Part shown: piece after piece, positions 38,999 to 52,390 of the stretch
Numbering within the stretch: the stretch's first letter is position 1
How the letters are laid out: every line of letters starts with the position of its first letter
From: Octopus sinensis
Lineage: Eukaryota
NCBI RefSeq assembly: GCF_006345805.1
Contig: NC_043000.1
Location: forward strand, 16,678,001 to 16,742,000
Length of the DNA: 64,000 bases
Direction: 5' to 3'
Program-made: the position numbers and the translations under genes
The notes under the pieces: generated by a model
Databases searched by the model: none
The model's input: the letters and a program-made list of their open reading frames with translations, nothing else
What the model was told of the DNA's origin: nothing

Positions 38999-39231
38999 AA
39001 GGTGGCGAGCTGGCAGAATCGTTAGCACGCCGGGCGAAATGCGTAGCCGTATTTCGTCTGCCGTTACATTCTGATATCAAATTCCGCCGAGGTCGACTTT
39101 GCCTTTCATCCTTTCGGGGTCGATAAATTAAGTACCAGTTATGCACTGGGGTCGATGTAATCGACTTAATCCGTGTGTCTGTCCTTGTTTGTCCCCTCTG
39201 TCTTTAGCCCCTTGTGGGTAGTAAAGAAATA
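38999..39231 (+). mobile_element. SINE family B, young copy
   Basis: CpG-intact; perfect 19-bp TSD AGTACAATGTGACAACAAA (38982-39000 / 39232-39250). Confidence 0.93.
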
Positions 39232-39307
39232 AGTACAATGTGACAACAAAGCCAACAGTAAAGACATTTCAAACAGAGAATTGGTTGCGAGAGAGATAGA
39301 CGCTTAC

Positions 39308-39404
39308 CTAGCTGAAACAGTTGTTGTGAATGAAACACAGTCATTTACAAATGTAAGTTGGGTGCTGGCAGTGATATCTTCCCAAACAGCTGGGGTCGTT
39401 CCTC
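39308..39404 (-). CDS. Ank: Ankyrin exon 4: end of ZU5-B ([33 protein letters not shown])
   Basis: Manual translation matches ankyrin WEDIT..VSFTT-x-VSAR. Acceptor ctttag|GA, donor AG|GTAAGC; 97 nt, phase 1 to 2. Confidence 0.97.
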
Positions 39405-39692
39405 CTAAAGCGGCAACACAAGAAGAGTCGAAGAAAAAAAAAAAAGAAAAAGAAAATATGAAACAGAGATATAGTTAATTAAAATCTTTATTACAGTTGT
39501 TATTTTAGGGTGGCGGGAGTGGAGAAATAGATAGCATTAACAAAAAATGTATTTATATTTGTTGTTGGAGCAATTTAGAGATTGTTACTGCATTTAATAT
39601 CGTATCACACAAATCAATCACTTCGTCTCATGAAAGCAAATTTTTTTTACTATCCATTCAGCCAAATAATAATAATAATTTGGGGGTGGGGG

Positions 39693-39864
39693 GACTAGTC
39701 AGTTTCATTAACCCCAGTGCGTAACTGGTACTTATTTAATTGACCTTGAAAAGATGAAAGGCAAAGTCAACTTGGGCGGAATTTGAACTCAGAATGTAGT
39801 GGCAGACGAAATACTGCTAAGCATTTTGCCTGGTGTGCTAACAATTCTGCCAGCTCACCACCTT
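39693..39864 (-). mobile_element. SINE family B, inverted relative to the 38999 copy
   Basis: The reverse complement aligns to the head and core of family B with mostly transition differences. Confidence 0.88.
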
Positions 39865-40589
39865 AATAATAATAATTATAAATTTTGTGGCGTGAGGAAC
39901 AGTTGATTATATCAACCCCAGTATTTGACTGGTACTTTATTTTATCAATCTTCAGGCGACTGATAGGCAAAGTTGACGCCAGTGGGATTTGAACTCAGAA
40001 CACAGTGTCATAACTAAACACCACAAGGCATTTTGTTCATCACTCTATAGATTCTGCTACCCACCACAATAATTACATAGCAATAACAGAACTTATACAC
40101 ACACACACGCATATGCATACATATATACACACACACACACACACATCGAAAATAAAATACAATATATATGCTAGTTCAGGTGTTCTGTGTGTTGACAACC
40201 CCACATTGGGATATTTACATTGAAATGTAATACTCTCCTTAAAAAAAGGAGGTTAATTATTTGTTCAGTTAGCTTAATTAATGAACATAATTAATGCATA
40301 TTTTTACAGAATTAATGCAATTGCTTTGATAAATTAAAAAAAAAATCCCTAACAGTCAACATTGTTTCTAATAACTTGTAATAAACAATGGACACAACAC
40401 AAGCTATTTAGAAACAACAACAACAACTACAACAATACTGACAACAGCTATAATTAATAAATTAATTAACTAAAAAAATACTTCTATGAAAATCACACAC
40501 ACGCACACACACAATACTACTAATAGACTCGTGTCCACACACATGCATATAAAGTATATATATATATATATATATAAACATACATATGT

Positions 40590-40971
40590 TGGAAGCACTC
40601 TGTCGGTTACGACGACGAAGGTTCCGGTTGATCCGATCAACGGAACAGCCTGCTCGTGAAATTAACGTGTAAGTGGCTGAACACTCCACAGACACGTGTA
40701 CCCTTAACGTAATTCTCGGAGATATTCAGCGTGACACAGAGAGTGACAAGGCCGGCCCTTTGAAATACAGGTACAACAGAAACAGGAAGTAAGAGTGAGA
40801 GAAAGTTGTGGTGAAAGAGTACAGCAGGGATCACCACCATCCCCTGCCGGAGCCTCGTGGAGCTTTAGGCGTTTTCGCTCAATAAACACTCACAACGCCC
40901 AGTCTGGGAATCGAAACCGCGATCCTACGACTGCGAGTCCGCTGCCCTAACCACTGGGCCATTACGCCTCC
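40590..40971 (-). mobile_element. SINE family A, full length
   Basis: Reverse complement of the 2713 copy; the flanks share ACATACATAT. Confidence 0.92.
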
Positions 40972-42406
40972 ACATACATATATATATATATATATATATT
41001 ATATACAAATGTATACACACATATACGTACACAGAGATTGAAAATAAGACACTGGTAGAGATGACAGGAATGACACCACCACAAAACTAAGACTAAAAAA
41101 ATAGTCGTGTGTAGTACAGGGGAGAGGATATATATACGTAGTCAGTACATGCTGTCACAACACCGACTAAAATAGGTAGGTATGTAGTTCATAAATATGT
41201 ATGCGTATGTGTGTGTGTGTGTATATATATAATATATATATGTGTGTGTGTGTGTGTGTGGTCATAGTTTTGTGGAATAGTTGAAAATTGGTTTAGTACT
41301 TTTAGTTGTTATGAAGTACTACCACTGTCTTTGGAGTAAATGGAATAAAAAAGAAAAGTTTTTTAAAAAATTGTATTCTTACTCTCCAGGAACTCCAATT
41401 CTGTTTTAGCTTTTAATCATTAAAAAATTTTTTTTTCCAGTTATGACATTGTAGATAAATATTTTGGCCAGTAATGAACCAAATCATATTTTATCCAATA
41501 TCATCATAAATCTGACCAATTTGGTTTTTCTTTTCAAAATATCATTTTATTTTTGCTTTAAATTTTTTTTCTTTTTTTACAATATTTATGATTTTAGTCT
41601 TCTGTTGTAAACCACAACATTTCAAACAATTTTGTCTGTTTATCATTGGGTACCGTGTTCATGTTCCATATATTTGTGATTCTTTCAAGGGGTGGCATAT
41701 CAACTAAAAAAATACTCTAAGGCATACCTAAAGAAGTAGTGCTTTATAAAAAACACCAATCTGCATAACATTACATCATGATGTTGCATAATTCCAACAA
41801 GTCAAGTTTCACAATATACCCATGTTCTAAATAAAAATGTTATGCCAAAATGTGAAGTAATACCCAAACTGTCCATTCATTTTATTCTTATTTCTCTTCC
41901 TTGATATATATATAATCATTTAACATCCATCTTCCATGCATGGGTAGGATGGTAGACGTACATACGTACATACATACATACATACGTACATACATACATA
42001 CATACATATATATACACACACACACACTATTCTTTTACTTGTTTCAGTCATTTGACTGTGGCCATGCTGGAGTATCACCTTAATATATATCATCCTCATC
42101 ATCATCATTTAGCATCTGTTTTCCATGCTGGCATGGGTTGGATGGTTTGACCAGAAGTGGCAAGCTGGGCAGCTGCACCAGATTCCAGTCTGATTCGGCT
42201 TGGTTTCTATGGCTGGGTACCCTTCCTAATGCTAATCTCTCTACTGTGTGTGCTGGGTGCTTTCAACATTCCACTGGCATGAGTGCTTTTTCGTGGCACC
42301 GACGCAAGTGCTTTTTATGCGATGCTGGCACTGGACTCTTGCAGGCCAATCCTCTTCATCAGATTCAACCTTAACATTTCTGTCGTGGAGGACAGGTCTT
42401 CTTGGG

Positions 42407-42818
42407 TACTCTCTTTACTCTTTACTCTTTTACTTGTTTCAGTCATTTGACTGCGGCCATGCTGGAGCACCGCCTTTAGTCGAGCAAGTCGACCCCGGGA
42501 CTTATTCTTTGTAAGCCCAGTACTTATTCTATCGGTCGCTTTTGCTGAACCGCTAAGTGACAGGGACGTAAACACACCAGCATCGGTTGTCAAGCAATGC
42601 TAGGGGGACAAACACAGACACACACACACATACATATATATATATACATATATACGACAGGCTTCTTTCAGTTTCCGTCTACCAAATCCACTCACAAGGC
42701 ATTGGTCGGCCCGGGGCTATAGCAGAAGACACTTGCCCAAGATGCCACGCAGTGGGACTGAACCCGGAACCATGTGGTTGGTTAGCAAGCTACTTACCAC
42801 ACAGCCACTCCTGCGCCT
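42407..42818 (-). mobile_element. SINE family C, full length
   Basis: Reverse complement of the 32648 copy. Confidence 0.9.
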
Positions 42819-42839
42819 ATATATCTAAAAACTGGCACT

Positions 42840-43153
42840 CCATTGGTTACGATGATGAGAGTTTCAGTTGATCTGATCAACAGAACAGCTTGCTTATGAA
42901 ATTAACATGCAAACAGCAGAGCACTCCACAGACACATGCACCCTTAACACAGTTCTCAGGGAGATTCAGCATGACACAGAATGTGACAAGGCCGGCCCTT
43001 TGAAATACAGCTGCAACTCATTTTTGCCAGCTGAGTGGACTGGAGCAACGTGAAATAAAGTGTCTTGCTCAAGGACACAACGCGTCACCGGGAATCGAAC
43101 TCACGACTTTACAACTGTGGAATGACCACCCTAACCACTAAGCCACATACCTT
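42840..43153 (-). mobile_element. SINE family D: tRNA head, TGTGTCCTTGAGCAAGACACTT centre and the family-A 3' tail
   Basis: The 3' ~170 bp align with the SINE-A tail while the centre differs. A second copy is at 8083-8278. Confidence 0.75.
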
Positions 43154-43367
43154 CACAACACACACATGCATGAACATGTGACAAACTCCTTCGGCACCAA
43201 CTTGTAAACTATCTCCATTCAAATGTTCAAATTCAAATTAAAATCTTGGGCTGAAATCTACATTAAAGTTAACATTGGATTTCAAAAGATAAACCTATCT
43301 TTCATAAAATTGGAAGCTAGTTACAATTATCCACTAACTATTACCTCCAAGTGTTATACATCACTAT

Positions 43368-43578
43368 CATCATCATCGTTTAACGTCCGTTTTCCATGCT
43401 GGCATGGGTTGGACGGTTCAACTGGGGTCTGGGAAGCCAGAAGGCTGCGCCAGGCCCAGTCTGATCTAGCAGTGTTTCTACAGCTGGATGCCCTTCCTAA
43501 CGCCAACCACTCCGTGAGTGTAGTGGGTGTTTTTTACGTGCCACCTGCACAGGATGGTGCTTTTTATGTATCACCGGC
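43368..43578 (-). mobile_element. RTE 3'-UTR fragment
   Basis: Terminus CATCATCATCGTTTAACGTCCGTTTTCCATGCTGGCATGGGTTGG. Confidence 0.85.
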
Positions 43579-45714
43579 TCAGGGTCATCAATTATATTAA
43601 CCCCAGCATCTCACTAGCGCTTGGTTTATTGATCTCAGAAGGATGCAAAATAGTCTAGAGTAGAATTTTACTGAGAACATTAAAGGATATAAACAAATGC
43701 CACAAATTATTTTGTTTGAGGCTCTATGAACTCTACCATCCACCAAATTAGACATTCAAAGGGAACAAGTTATTAGGTTTTAAGCTGACCCACATGGTAA
43801 ACAGAGACTAAACCATTTGAAATGTTTTTTTTTCACAAGTATATACATTAAATAAATTATAAAAAATATAAAAAAAACAAAGACAAAGAGGCTGATAGCT
43901 GTTTTCATCTAATAATAATAATAATAATAATAAAACTGTAGAAATTTGGCATTGGTGCTTCTGTAGCAAAAGTGACAGCCCCTTAAAATCATTTCAAAAC
44001 ACAATTTAGAAAAAAAGAATTTCAATAAGGCCCAAATCATTTTACTTTGAAAATAATTATAAGGAGGCAAGTTGTGAGAAATTTGAAACAATTACATAAG
44101 TTTCTTGGTGTAATCTGTGTGTGTGTGAAGTTGAAACATTCATGCCTTTACTAAGGGTATATTGGCAACATGATAGGAGTGACACAGGAATTGAAATCAC
44201 AAGCAAGTTCACCAGGAACCCACTTTTGCTCTACAATGGCCAACAGATGACAACAAAGTTTGTAGACAACAGCTAAAATGGAAGGGGCATGCTGAACAGT
44301 TGTAGTTCTACAGAAAAGTCTGGCAATGACGGAAGACAAGGAAGGATTTGCTTCCTACACTCTACACATAAATAGCTGCGAAGTTTAAGATGTTGGGCTA
44401 TTGTTCACATGGAATGGAAAAACTGAAAAGTTCCATGTCATTGTATGATGAAATGAAGTAGAGACTAATGCTTTTTTTTGTTATAGCTGCCTTGTTTCTT
44501 TTATCGTTAATTCACTATCTTTTGACTGATTACCTTACCTGGAACATTAGTCTCTACTTCAATTCATGACAATACACCATTGTACAATAGTTTCAGTCTT
44601 TTAATCCAATCCAGTTCTTCTCAACACAGGCCATCACTAATCTATCAGTTCTAATGACTGTCCTTTTTTTTTTTTTTTTTTTATTACTGACCATACTGGT
44701 TATAAATTCAAACCGTACTTTTCTACAACTACTATATCGCTACACCTACTTCTACTAGAACTACAGCTATTGTGTCATGCCCCTGAACAAGGCACGTTAC
44801 TCTGCTTGCCTCAGTATGCCTGGCTGATAACATATGTTCAACATGTTAACAAAATTAAAGGGAAAAAGAAAACAGACCAAAAGAAATTGAAATAAAAAGA
44901 CCCTAAAAAGGAACCAAACAAAGACAAGCGGCTAATTTAGACTAACAACAGGCAAATCAGTGGTCCACCTTTTAACCCCCACCCACTTCATCTCTGTAGT
45001 TTTAATATTTCTAATGATTTCAAATAGCAAAGGGTAAATCAGGACGCAGTATCAAAAATAAATAGTAGCAAATTAATTATGTAGGAAATAATTTAAGCAG
45101 ATTTTTCAAAAAATAGTTAAAATTATAATAAATTTATCATGAATAAAGAAAAAAAATCAATAATTGTAATAAATTAGAGAAAATTAACAAAGCAAAGCAC
45201 ATGTTTTGGAACCCTTTTTATGGGGTTAACTTTATCTTATTATTATCCAAGGTTATCTAACCCTTTTATCCTTTTTTCTTGAGGGAACTTGGCTGGTATT
45301 TTGGTTCCTAGTATAATATACTAAGTGATTAATTTATTGCCCATCTCTTTAAATTTGGAATGTAAGGGTCCAGGTTCAATATTATACAGTATATCCAGTG
45401 TAATTCCCAGAACAAAACCTTTATACGGTGCCATCCTTCCAATCACACACCCTCAATACGCTTGAGTTGAGCACCCTATTACAATTATTATGATTAAGTG
45501 TTCAATTTCTATTTAAAAATAAACACCCTCCCTAGGAACAAATCTTGAAAGATCAACAAATTTATATATATAATAGTTTAAAAGGGGCAAGGCATACTGG
45601 ACATTGTAGTCCTAGATACATTCTAAGTTGGAAAAAAAATTACAGGTTCGTCACAGCTGAAATATCTTTGATTATAGGTCTGCTCAACAGACAAAATACC
45701 TTTAAATCACAATT

Positions 45715-45755
<41 letters not shown>

Positions 45756-47372
45756 CTATTCCTTGGAAGCATAGTTCAGTTATATATAACACGGGGAGAT
45801 AGAGTGGAAATGAAAATAATCCACAGATAAAACATGAAAAATCCTTCACTATTTCAAAGTAAAAGAAACATTTTACCAATTCTCCTTAGACTATCTGAAG
45901 TAAATCATTGGAAATGCCAAAAAAGACATCACCTTTGTAACTCATTCTCAGAAAATGTTGATTCAGTAAATGCTACACCTATGCGGTGATCACATTTTGG
46001 CCATTCAGTATGTGTAAATGATAGAATGGCCTACCCAGATTCTCTCAAGATGTAATAGATAAAGAGAAAAATAACAATCTAAATGTCCCTTTAGTCCTTT
46101 TGATACCAACAGCTTGATACCATCTCTGAATTTTATGATACAAAAACATTCATCTAAGAGTGTTCATATTTCAATTTATGCCTCCCATCATAATATTTTA
46201 TAAAGCCTTTTGTTAAATTATATTCCAACCACCATCTTAATAATGGAGGAATTGGTTGTATTTTTAAACCCTCCAAACTCAAGATTACATTAAAAATTAA
46301 AACACATGAATAGTGTACTTCATTAGAAACATGACCACAAAAGGGCTAAGCCCTCTTGCTGTTCAAGCAAGTGTATTGTTAAAGACAGCCAGTGGATTTC
46401 AAAAACTTTTACCATTGTGTAGTACGCGAATGCCACTCACCTCTACCTAAGCTGCACACTAACTACACATAGTAGTGGATTGGAGCATATCAGCTCCAAA
46501 ATGGAATGAATACCATGTAAGTGGCAGATACAAAAATAAACAAGATTAAAAGGGTGACATACAGACAACAAGAGTTACTAGTCCTTGAAGACACCTTGTA
46601 GATGCTGATAGGGGCAGATAACAAAAATGTCTGCAGAGCAGAGGCTGTAGTAGATCCACAAAGACTAGAGTAATTTTACTTTGAATTACTTTCTTGAATC
46701 AGTTTTAAGTTAGGAGCCAGAACTGGACACCAATGATGAAGACAAAATACTGGAATTATCACAACATTGATTTTTAAAAGAGTAATTTTTGCTTCTTTTA
46801 AAGAAACAATTTAGAAATATGAAAGAATAATTGTGAAAACATGCAAGAATTTATTCCCAAACAATAAACTTTTCCTGCCTTGTCTTGCAATTATTTATAC
46901 ACACACAAACATATACATATATCTGTGTACATTATATATATATAAACACATACATACAAATATGCTCAAATATACATATAGAAATTTCTATTACACACAC
47001 ACACACACAATCAATTTCAACATGAACATCTAGTTGTCCAATCAACAGAACAACTGACACACTGAATTGAATTGATGTGCTAAGTGGCTGAGTATACCAT
47101 ACTTCACAGACATGAATCCTTAATATGATTCTAAGGTGGAATCAATGCAACAAAGTCAAACCTCTGAATTACATTTATGATCCATCTGATGGGTTTTCTA
47201 AAGCTTCTATCAAACCTACTTCCCTCATATGGTTTGGGCTGACCCGAAGGTTATGCTAAAGATGCTCACCAAACATGCCACAAAGTGGTGTCAAATCCAG
47301 GACTTCTGACCCAGTCAGTCATGCCTGTGTCAACATATCTATACTAACACAGAAATATACATTTTTTGTCTG

Positions 47373-47716
47373 GTTCTTTTACTGGTTCCAGTCACTGGAG
47401 AGCAGCCATAATGAAGTGTTTAGTCAATCAAATTGACATCCAGTACTTATTTTTAAGCCTGGGATTTATTCTATCAGTTATTTTTGTCAAACTGCTAAGT
47501 TATGGGTATGTAGATAAACCAACACTGTTTGTCAAGCAGTGAGACACACACACACACACACACACATGTATATACACAATAGGCTTCTGCATAGTGTCTA
47601 TCAACCATAGCCCAGAGCTATAGTAGAAAACTCTTGCCCAAAGTATCATGTAAGTGTGATTGAGCCCAAGACCACATGATTGCAAAGTAAATTTCTTAAT
47701 CACAGTCATTCCTGCA
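47373..47716 (-). mobile_element. SINE family C, degenerate
   Basis: Recognisable tail, internal CA repeat and head remnants. Confidence 0.65.
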
Positions 47717-47756
<40 letters not shown>

Positions 47757-48559
47757 AGTGTGTGGAAGCCTGAAAGTGTGATCACTTTGGGATGAAGTCA
47801 TTTTTTAATAATAACTGGTACACACTAATAACCAGCTGATAATTCATTTTGAACAGAGTTCAAGATCCACTGGTTTCATAACAATAATCATTTGATAACT
47901 TTATCGATGATTATAATAAGCAGCTTCTACTGTACACACAAGCACACACATACTTTAGTGCAGGTTTCAGGAGAACTTTTATTTCTTTTTTTTTTATTTT
48001 GCTACGTCAAGTTCACATTTGGGATAGAGAAGGGATAAGATGTCACATAGAACTATATTCAGTGAATACCATGCTAAATAGATGCTGTCTAATAGGAGGG
48101 CATCAGGGTTGATGGATTATAAACTCAACAAGCTGAATTAAGAGCTCATGCAGTGCTAAAGAAGAAAAAGATAAAAACCAAACCAAACCAAACCAAACCA
48201 AAATAAATGAATAACAACAACAGTAAGAGAAACAAAATAAAATTTTTAAAAAAAGAAACAATACTACTATGAAGACAAAGAATTTTCTTGCCAAAATTTG
48301 AATGCTCTGGCCTACCTGAGGTCTCACCTGATTTTTTGTCAATTAATACCAAGCTCTCAGCAACTGCTGATTTTCTTGCCAAGCAAGAATTTGGAAGGCA
48401 CTTTTCAACATGGCTCAAGTTGAAAATGGATGACATAGCGCCGTGCCAAGTGAAGCAGCCATTTCACAGTTTCTATTTCAGTGAAAAGTTTTTTTTTTTT
48501 TACTTCTTTCGTTTTAAAATATCTTCACAATTGAAATAAAATCTGGCAGCAGATTATGG

Positions 48560-48950
48560 TGATCCCAGCAGATCCACCATGATATAGCAGTCCCTATATA
48601 GTCCAACATGATACTCAAGATCCTAGCTGGTCCTATTACCATTCTCCAGCTAATCCAGAAAGACAGGCAGTCCTCAGTTAGTTCATCATAATACTGGTAG
48701 TAATCAGTCCAACAATATGCTGGCAGTCCCCAGCTAATCAAACATGCTGCTTATAGTCCCCAGGTAATCCAACATGAAGCTTGCGGTCTCTGGTTAGTCT
48801 CTGATTAATCAAACACGATGCTTGTAGTCCCTAGATAGTCCCACATAATGCTAATAGTCCCCAGTCAACCTAGTATGATACTGGTAGTTCCTAGTTAGTC
48901 TGATATGATGCTGGCAGTTTTCAGTTAGTCCAACATGACATTGACTAACC
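48560..48950. repeat. Degenerate minisatellite, ~29-30 bp unit (CAACATGATGCTGGCAGTCCCCAGTTAGTC-like)
   Basis: Recurring ATGATRCTGGYAGTCC motifs at about 30-bp spacing. Confidence 0.7.
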
Positions 48951-51547
48951 TTTATGTTTACCAAGGGAGGTCATAATTTTCAGATCAACATAATCTATTC
49001 TCTCAAAACTCAACTTGGCTTAATTTAATCCTCAACTGTCTTCAGGTATCCTATTTTTGTACCTATACATATCGTGTATGGGATTAATCAAGACAGTTAA
49101 TAACTCTAACTTGCAATGTCTCCTCTCTATAAGATTTAACTACAATTAAAGGAAAGTCTAATGAGTTAACAGTTACTGCCAAGAACATGGTAGAAGTAGA
49201 GTCAGAGATGCAGTCTTTAGTGACATGATTTGGAAATGAGAGATTTTTCTTCCAAGCAGGACTTCAACACTATTCCCTAATATTACCACAACTTACAATG
49301 TAACTCTCAGCCAATCCTTTTATAGACAGGTTGTCCTTCCACATTTAGTTGTGGAAGGCATTACCTTTTTAGGATTTAAGCAGGCATCATTGAATGTAGA
49401 GAGATAGGAGTTGGTCTTATAAAACTAGTTACCTCACATCAAACCAGTGTCTCCAAGGTGAATCTGATAGCAAAGTATAATGTTTAAGATTCCTCAGATA
49501 TTGTAATACTTCTCATTGTCATCTGTACTGTATATTGTATTGTAAATGTGTTCTTATTTATTTTATGGTGAGTCCAAAAATTCAATGTTTAGTGAAGTGT
49601 GTATAAAATAATACTTTCTGATTTTGGCACAAGGCCAGCAATTTTTGAAGAAAGGAGATTAATTGATTACATCAACCCCAGTGCTCAACTGGTACTTTAT
49701 TGTACTGACAATAGAAGAACGAAAGGCAACATTGACCTTGGTGAGATATGAACTCAGGAGGTAAAGATGTGAAGCAATTATCACAAGGCATTTTGTCCGA
49801 GGTTCTAATGATTCTGCCAGTCCATCATCCTTTGAAGGCTTAGAGTCAATTTCAATGAATATAAGATGTGACTGGTACTTTATTTTACCAACTCAAAACA
49901 AAGGTCACTAAATATTGTAGGGCATTTGTCTGACATTCTAAGAGTCTGCCAATCTTCAGTAAGACTAGCCAAAGTTATACAACATTCTACCAGCAAGTAA
50001 AATATGAAAAAAAAACCCCCAAAAAACCCCGTTTCTGGGACATTTTCACATAGCTTCTTTTTACCACTATAGATAATACAACTGCTGGACACTGGATTAT
50101 GATTAGATAATACTGAATACCTCAACCTTTATAATGATGTGCAATGTGTTTTCAGTTGGCAACTAGTGCACACATTTACTGTGCACCGATATGGTATATA
50201 TGTCTTATGCTCTACGGCAGTGAACTACTCAGTTGATGTGAATTTGAGTGACATAGACACATATGTAAGAGTGATGTAGTTAGTGTGCACCAAACAGCAC
50301 TGCATTCAGCAGGGAAGCAAGAGCAGAAAAGAGTGACAAGCTAGGGTAATATTTATACAGGTTTAGTGTTTAAAACAGACGAGATCATAGCACACCACCA
50401 CCACCACGGAAATAACAATTATGTCCTTGATGCTTCACTATCTATGGCAAGACTAGAATTCACAACAACCATTAGTTCATTAAGCATTGATTACATATAG
50501 CATTTTCACAAAATTCTATTACTGCAGTTTAACAGGCTGTGTTTAAAGACTATATTTATTGTTGTCCCATAGTGAATGTACTAAGATATGGTGTTAATCT
50601 CACAGTGTACAGTTCAAGTATTAAGTTTCAAGATCACACTGTAAAATACCAGCATTTGGTGTTAACCCACCTGACACTGTAGACTTTATTATCTACCAAT
50701 ATTTTCAAACTGCATAATACCAATGTTTGGGATTGTACAGTTCAAATACTAAATACTTTATTAACAATTAAATTCAGTATTATGTATTTTTATAAAAATT
50801 GAGATAATACTAATATAACAGTTTACTGCATGAAAATCCTGTTATGACTGTGTTCAATTCTTGCCGGTTAATCATAATGATTGCTTAGCCTTCAGTTCAA
50901 TGTTTACAGAAGCACAACCAGGTGTCATGAGATATGTTAGACATAATCACTGGTATAGCAGTAAAACAACACACTCTCCAAGACATTGGGAGGACATTTA
51001 CCAAGATGGCATTCTCAGAAGCTGTGCCAGGTTGTCATTGTGCTCCTGTTGCAACATTAATCCTGTTAAGAACCACAGTACTGCTTGGTGTCAATGTTTA
51101 ACTTGGTTTCTTTGGTACTAAATGAATGGGACAAAATTTCCCCTACATAATGTTAGAGCTTGTGGTTAGTTTTGTCTCTAGTTGTCTAGGCAACCTTTCA
51201 CCACAATTACATAAACAAAAGGAGGTAAACTAAAATATCTTGCTTGGAGACAAATAATTGCAAGCCAGTGCTCTTGAACAACTTAGGTTATGACCTGGCT
51301 GATAGTCCAATAACATCAGCAAAACAGGTTTCTTTCTATTACCCACAGCCCTATCTCAAAAACTTCCCTGTTGTTTTGGCGTGTTGGATGCTAAAATTAG
51401 GGCACTGTTAAGATGAAGCCAGAAATTTTATTTCCTTTGAAGATATTCTAAAGAAAGAAAAGCAAAACTGCGCTGGGAAGGAAAAGTTATTTGGTTAATT
51501 CATGCAGGAAAGATCAGAGAAGCAGGCAAATGTCAACTTACGCTTAC

Positions 51548-51752
51548 CGGAAATACTGCATAGTAGACGAAGAGTTGGTGCGTCACCACCATACTGATTT
51601 ATCATCCCTTTCTGTGCAGCCCTCGGAACTGGTATAGTGAGGGTTATAGGCTTGTGGAACTTACGGCGGCGTGGTGCCACTGTAACAATAGGACTGACAG
51701 CCACGCGGTTGCCGAGCATCTTGGCGACAAGTTCTGGAGCAATGGGCTGAGC
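51548..51752 (-). CDS. Ank: Ankyrin exon 3: ZU5-B ([43 protein letters not shown]...LRLLCSIS)
   Basis: Diagnostic [11 protein letters not shown] and LRLLCSI motifs. Acceptor cattag|GCT, donor G|GTAAGC; 205 nt, phase 0 to 1. Confidence 0.97.
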
Positions 51753-52347
51753 CTAATGGTACAAGAGACGGTAAAAAGTTTGGTAGAAAGCATGACAGAA
51801 AGCTAGACATTCAGTTTCCCATAGCACACAAACACTGACACACAATAAAAAATAACAACAAATATATATATATATGTATATATTAATCTTTATTAAAAAA
51901 GATTGCTAGAAAGTTCAATTTGCCACAAGATGCTAAGAAAAAAATTTGCTATAAAAAAACACTATTGAAAAAAAAACCCAACAAAATATCTAATTTAAAA
52001 AAAAAATAGGGAGAAGATATTTGAATAAAAGTGTGAGATAAAAAGACAATGGCGAAATGTTAATGTTTTACTGGCCTCATCCTCTGAATGGAGGGCTAAA
52101 AAAGTGAAGAAAACAGTCTTTTTAGATACCATTCCTGCTTTTCTTTGCTTTGCTCTGTTACTTAATGTAATTGTGTATGTTTATATGTGTGAGTATGTAC
52201 AAATATTTGTAAGCATGTTGTGTGTCTGTGTATGTGTGTGTGTGAGGACTTGTACTTACTAGTGTATGCATCTGGGCATATTTGAGTGTACTAGTGTGTT
52301 TATGTAGATGTGTATAAAAGTGTGAGTGTGTATTTGTACATACGTAT

Positions 52348-52390
<43 letters not shown>

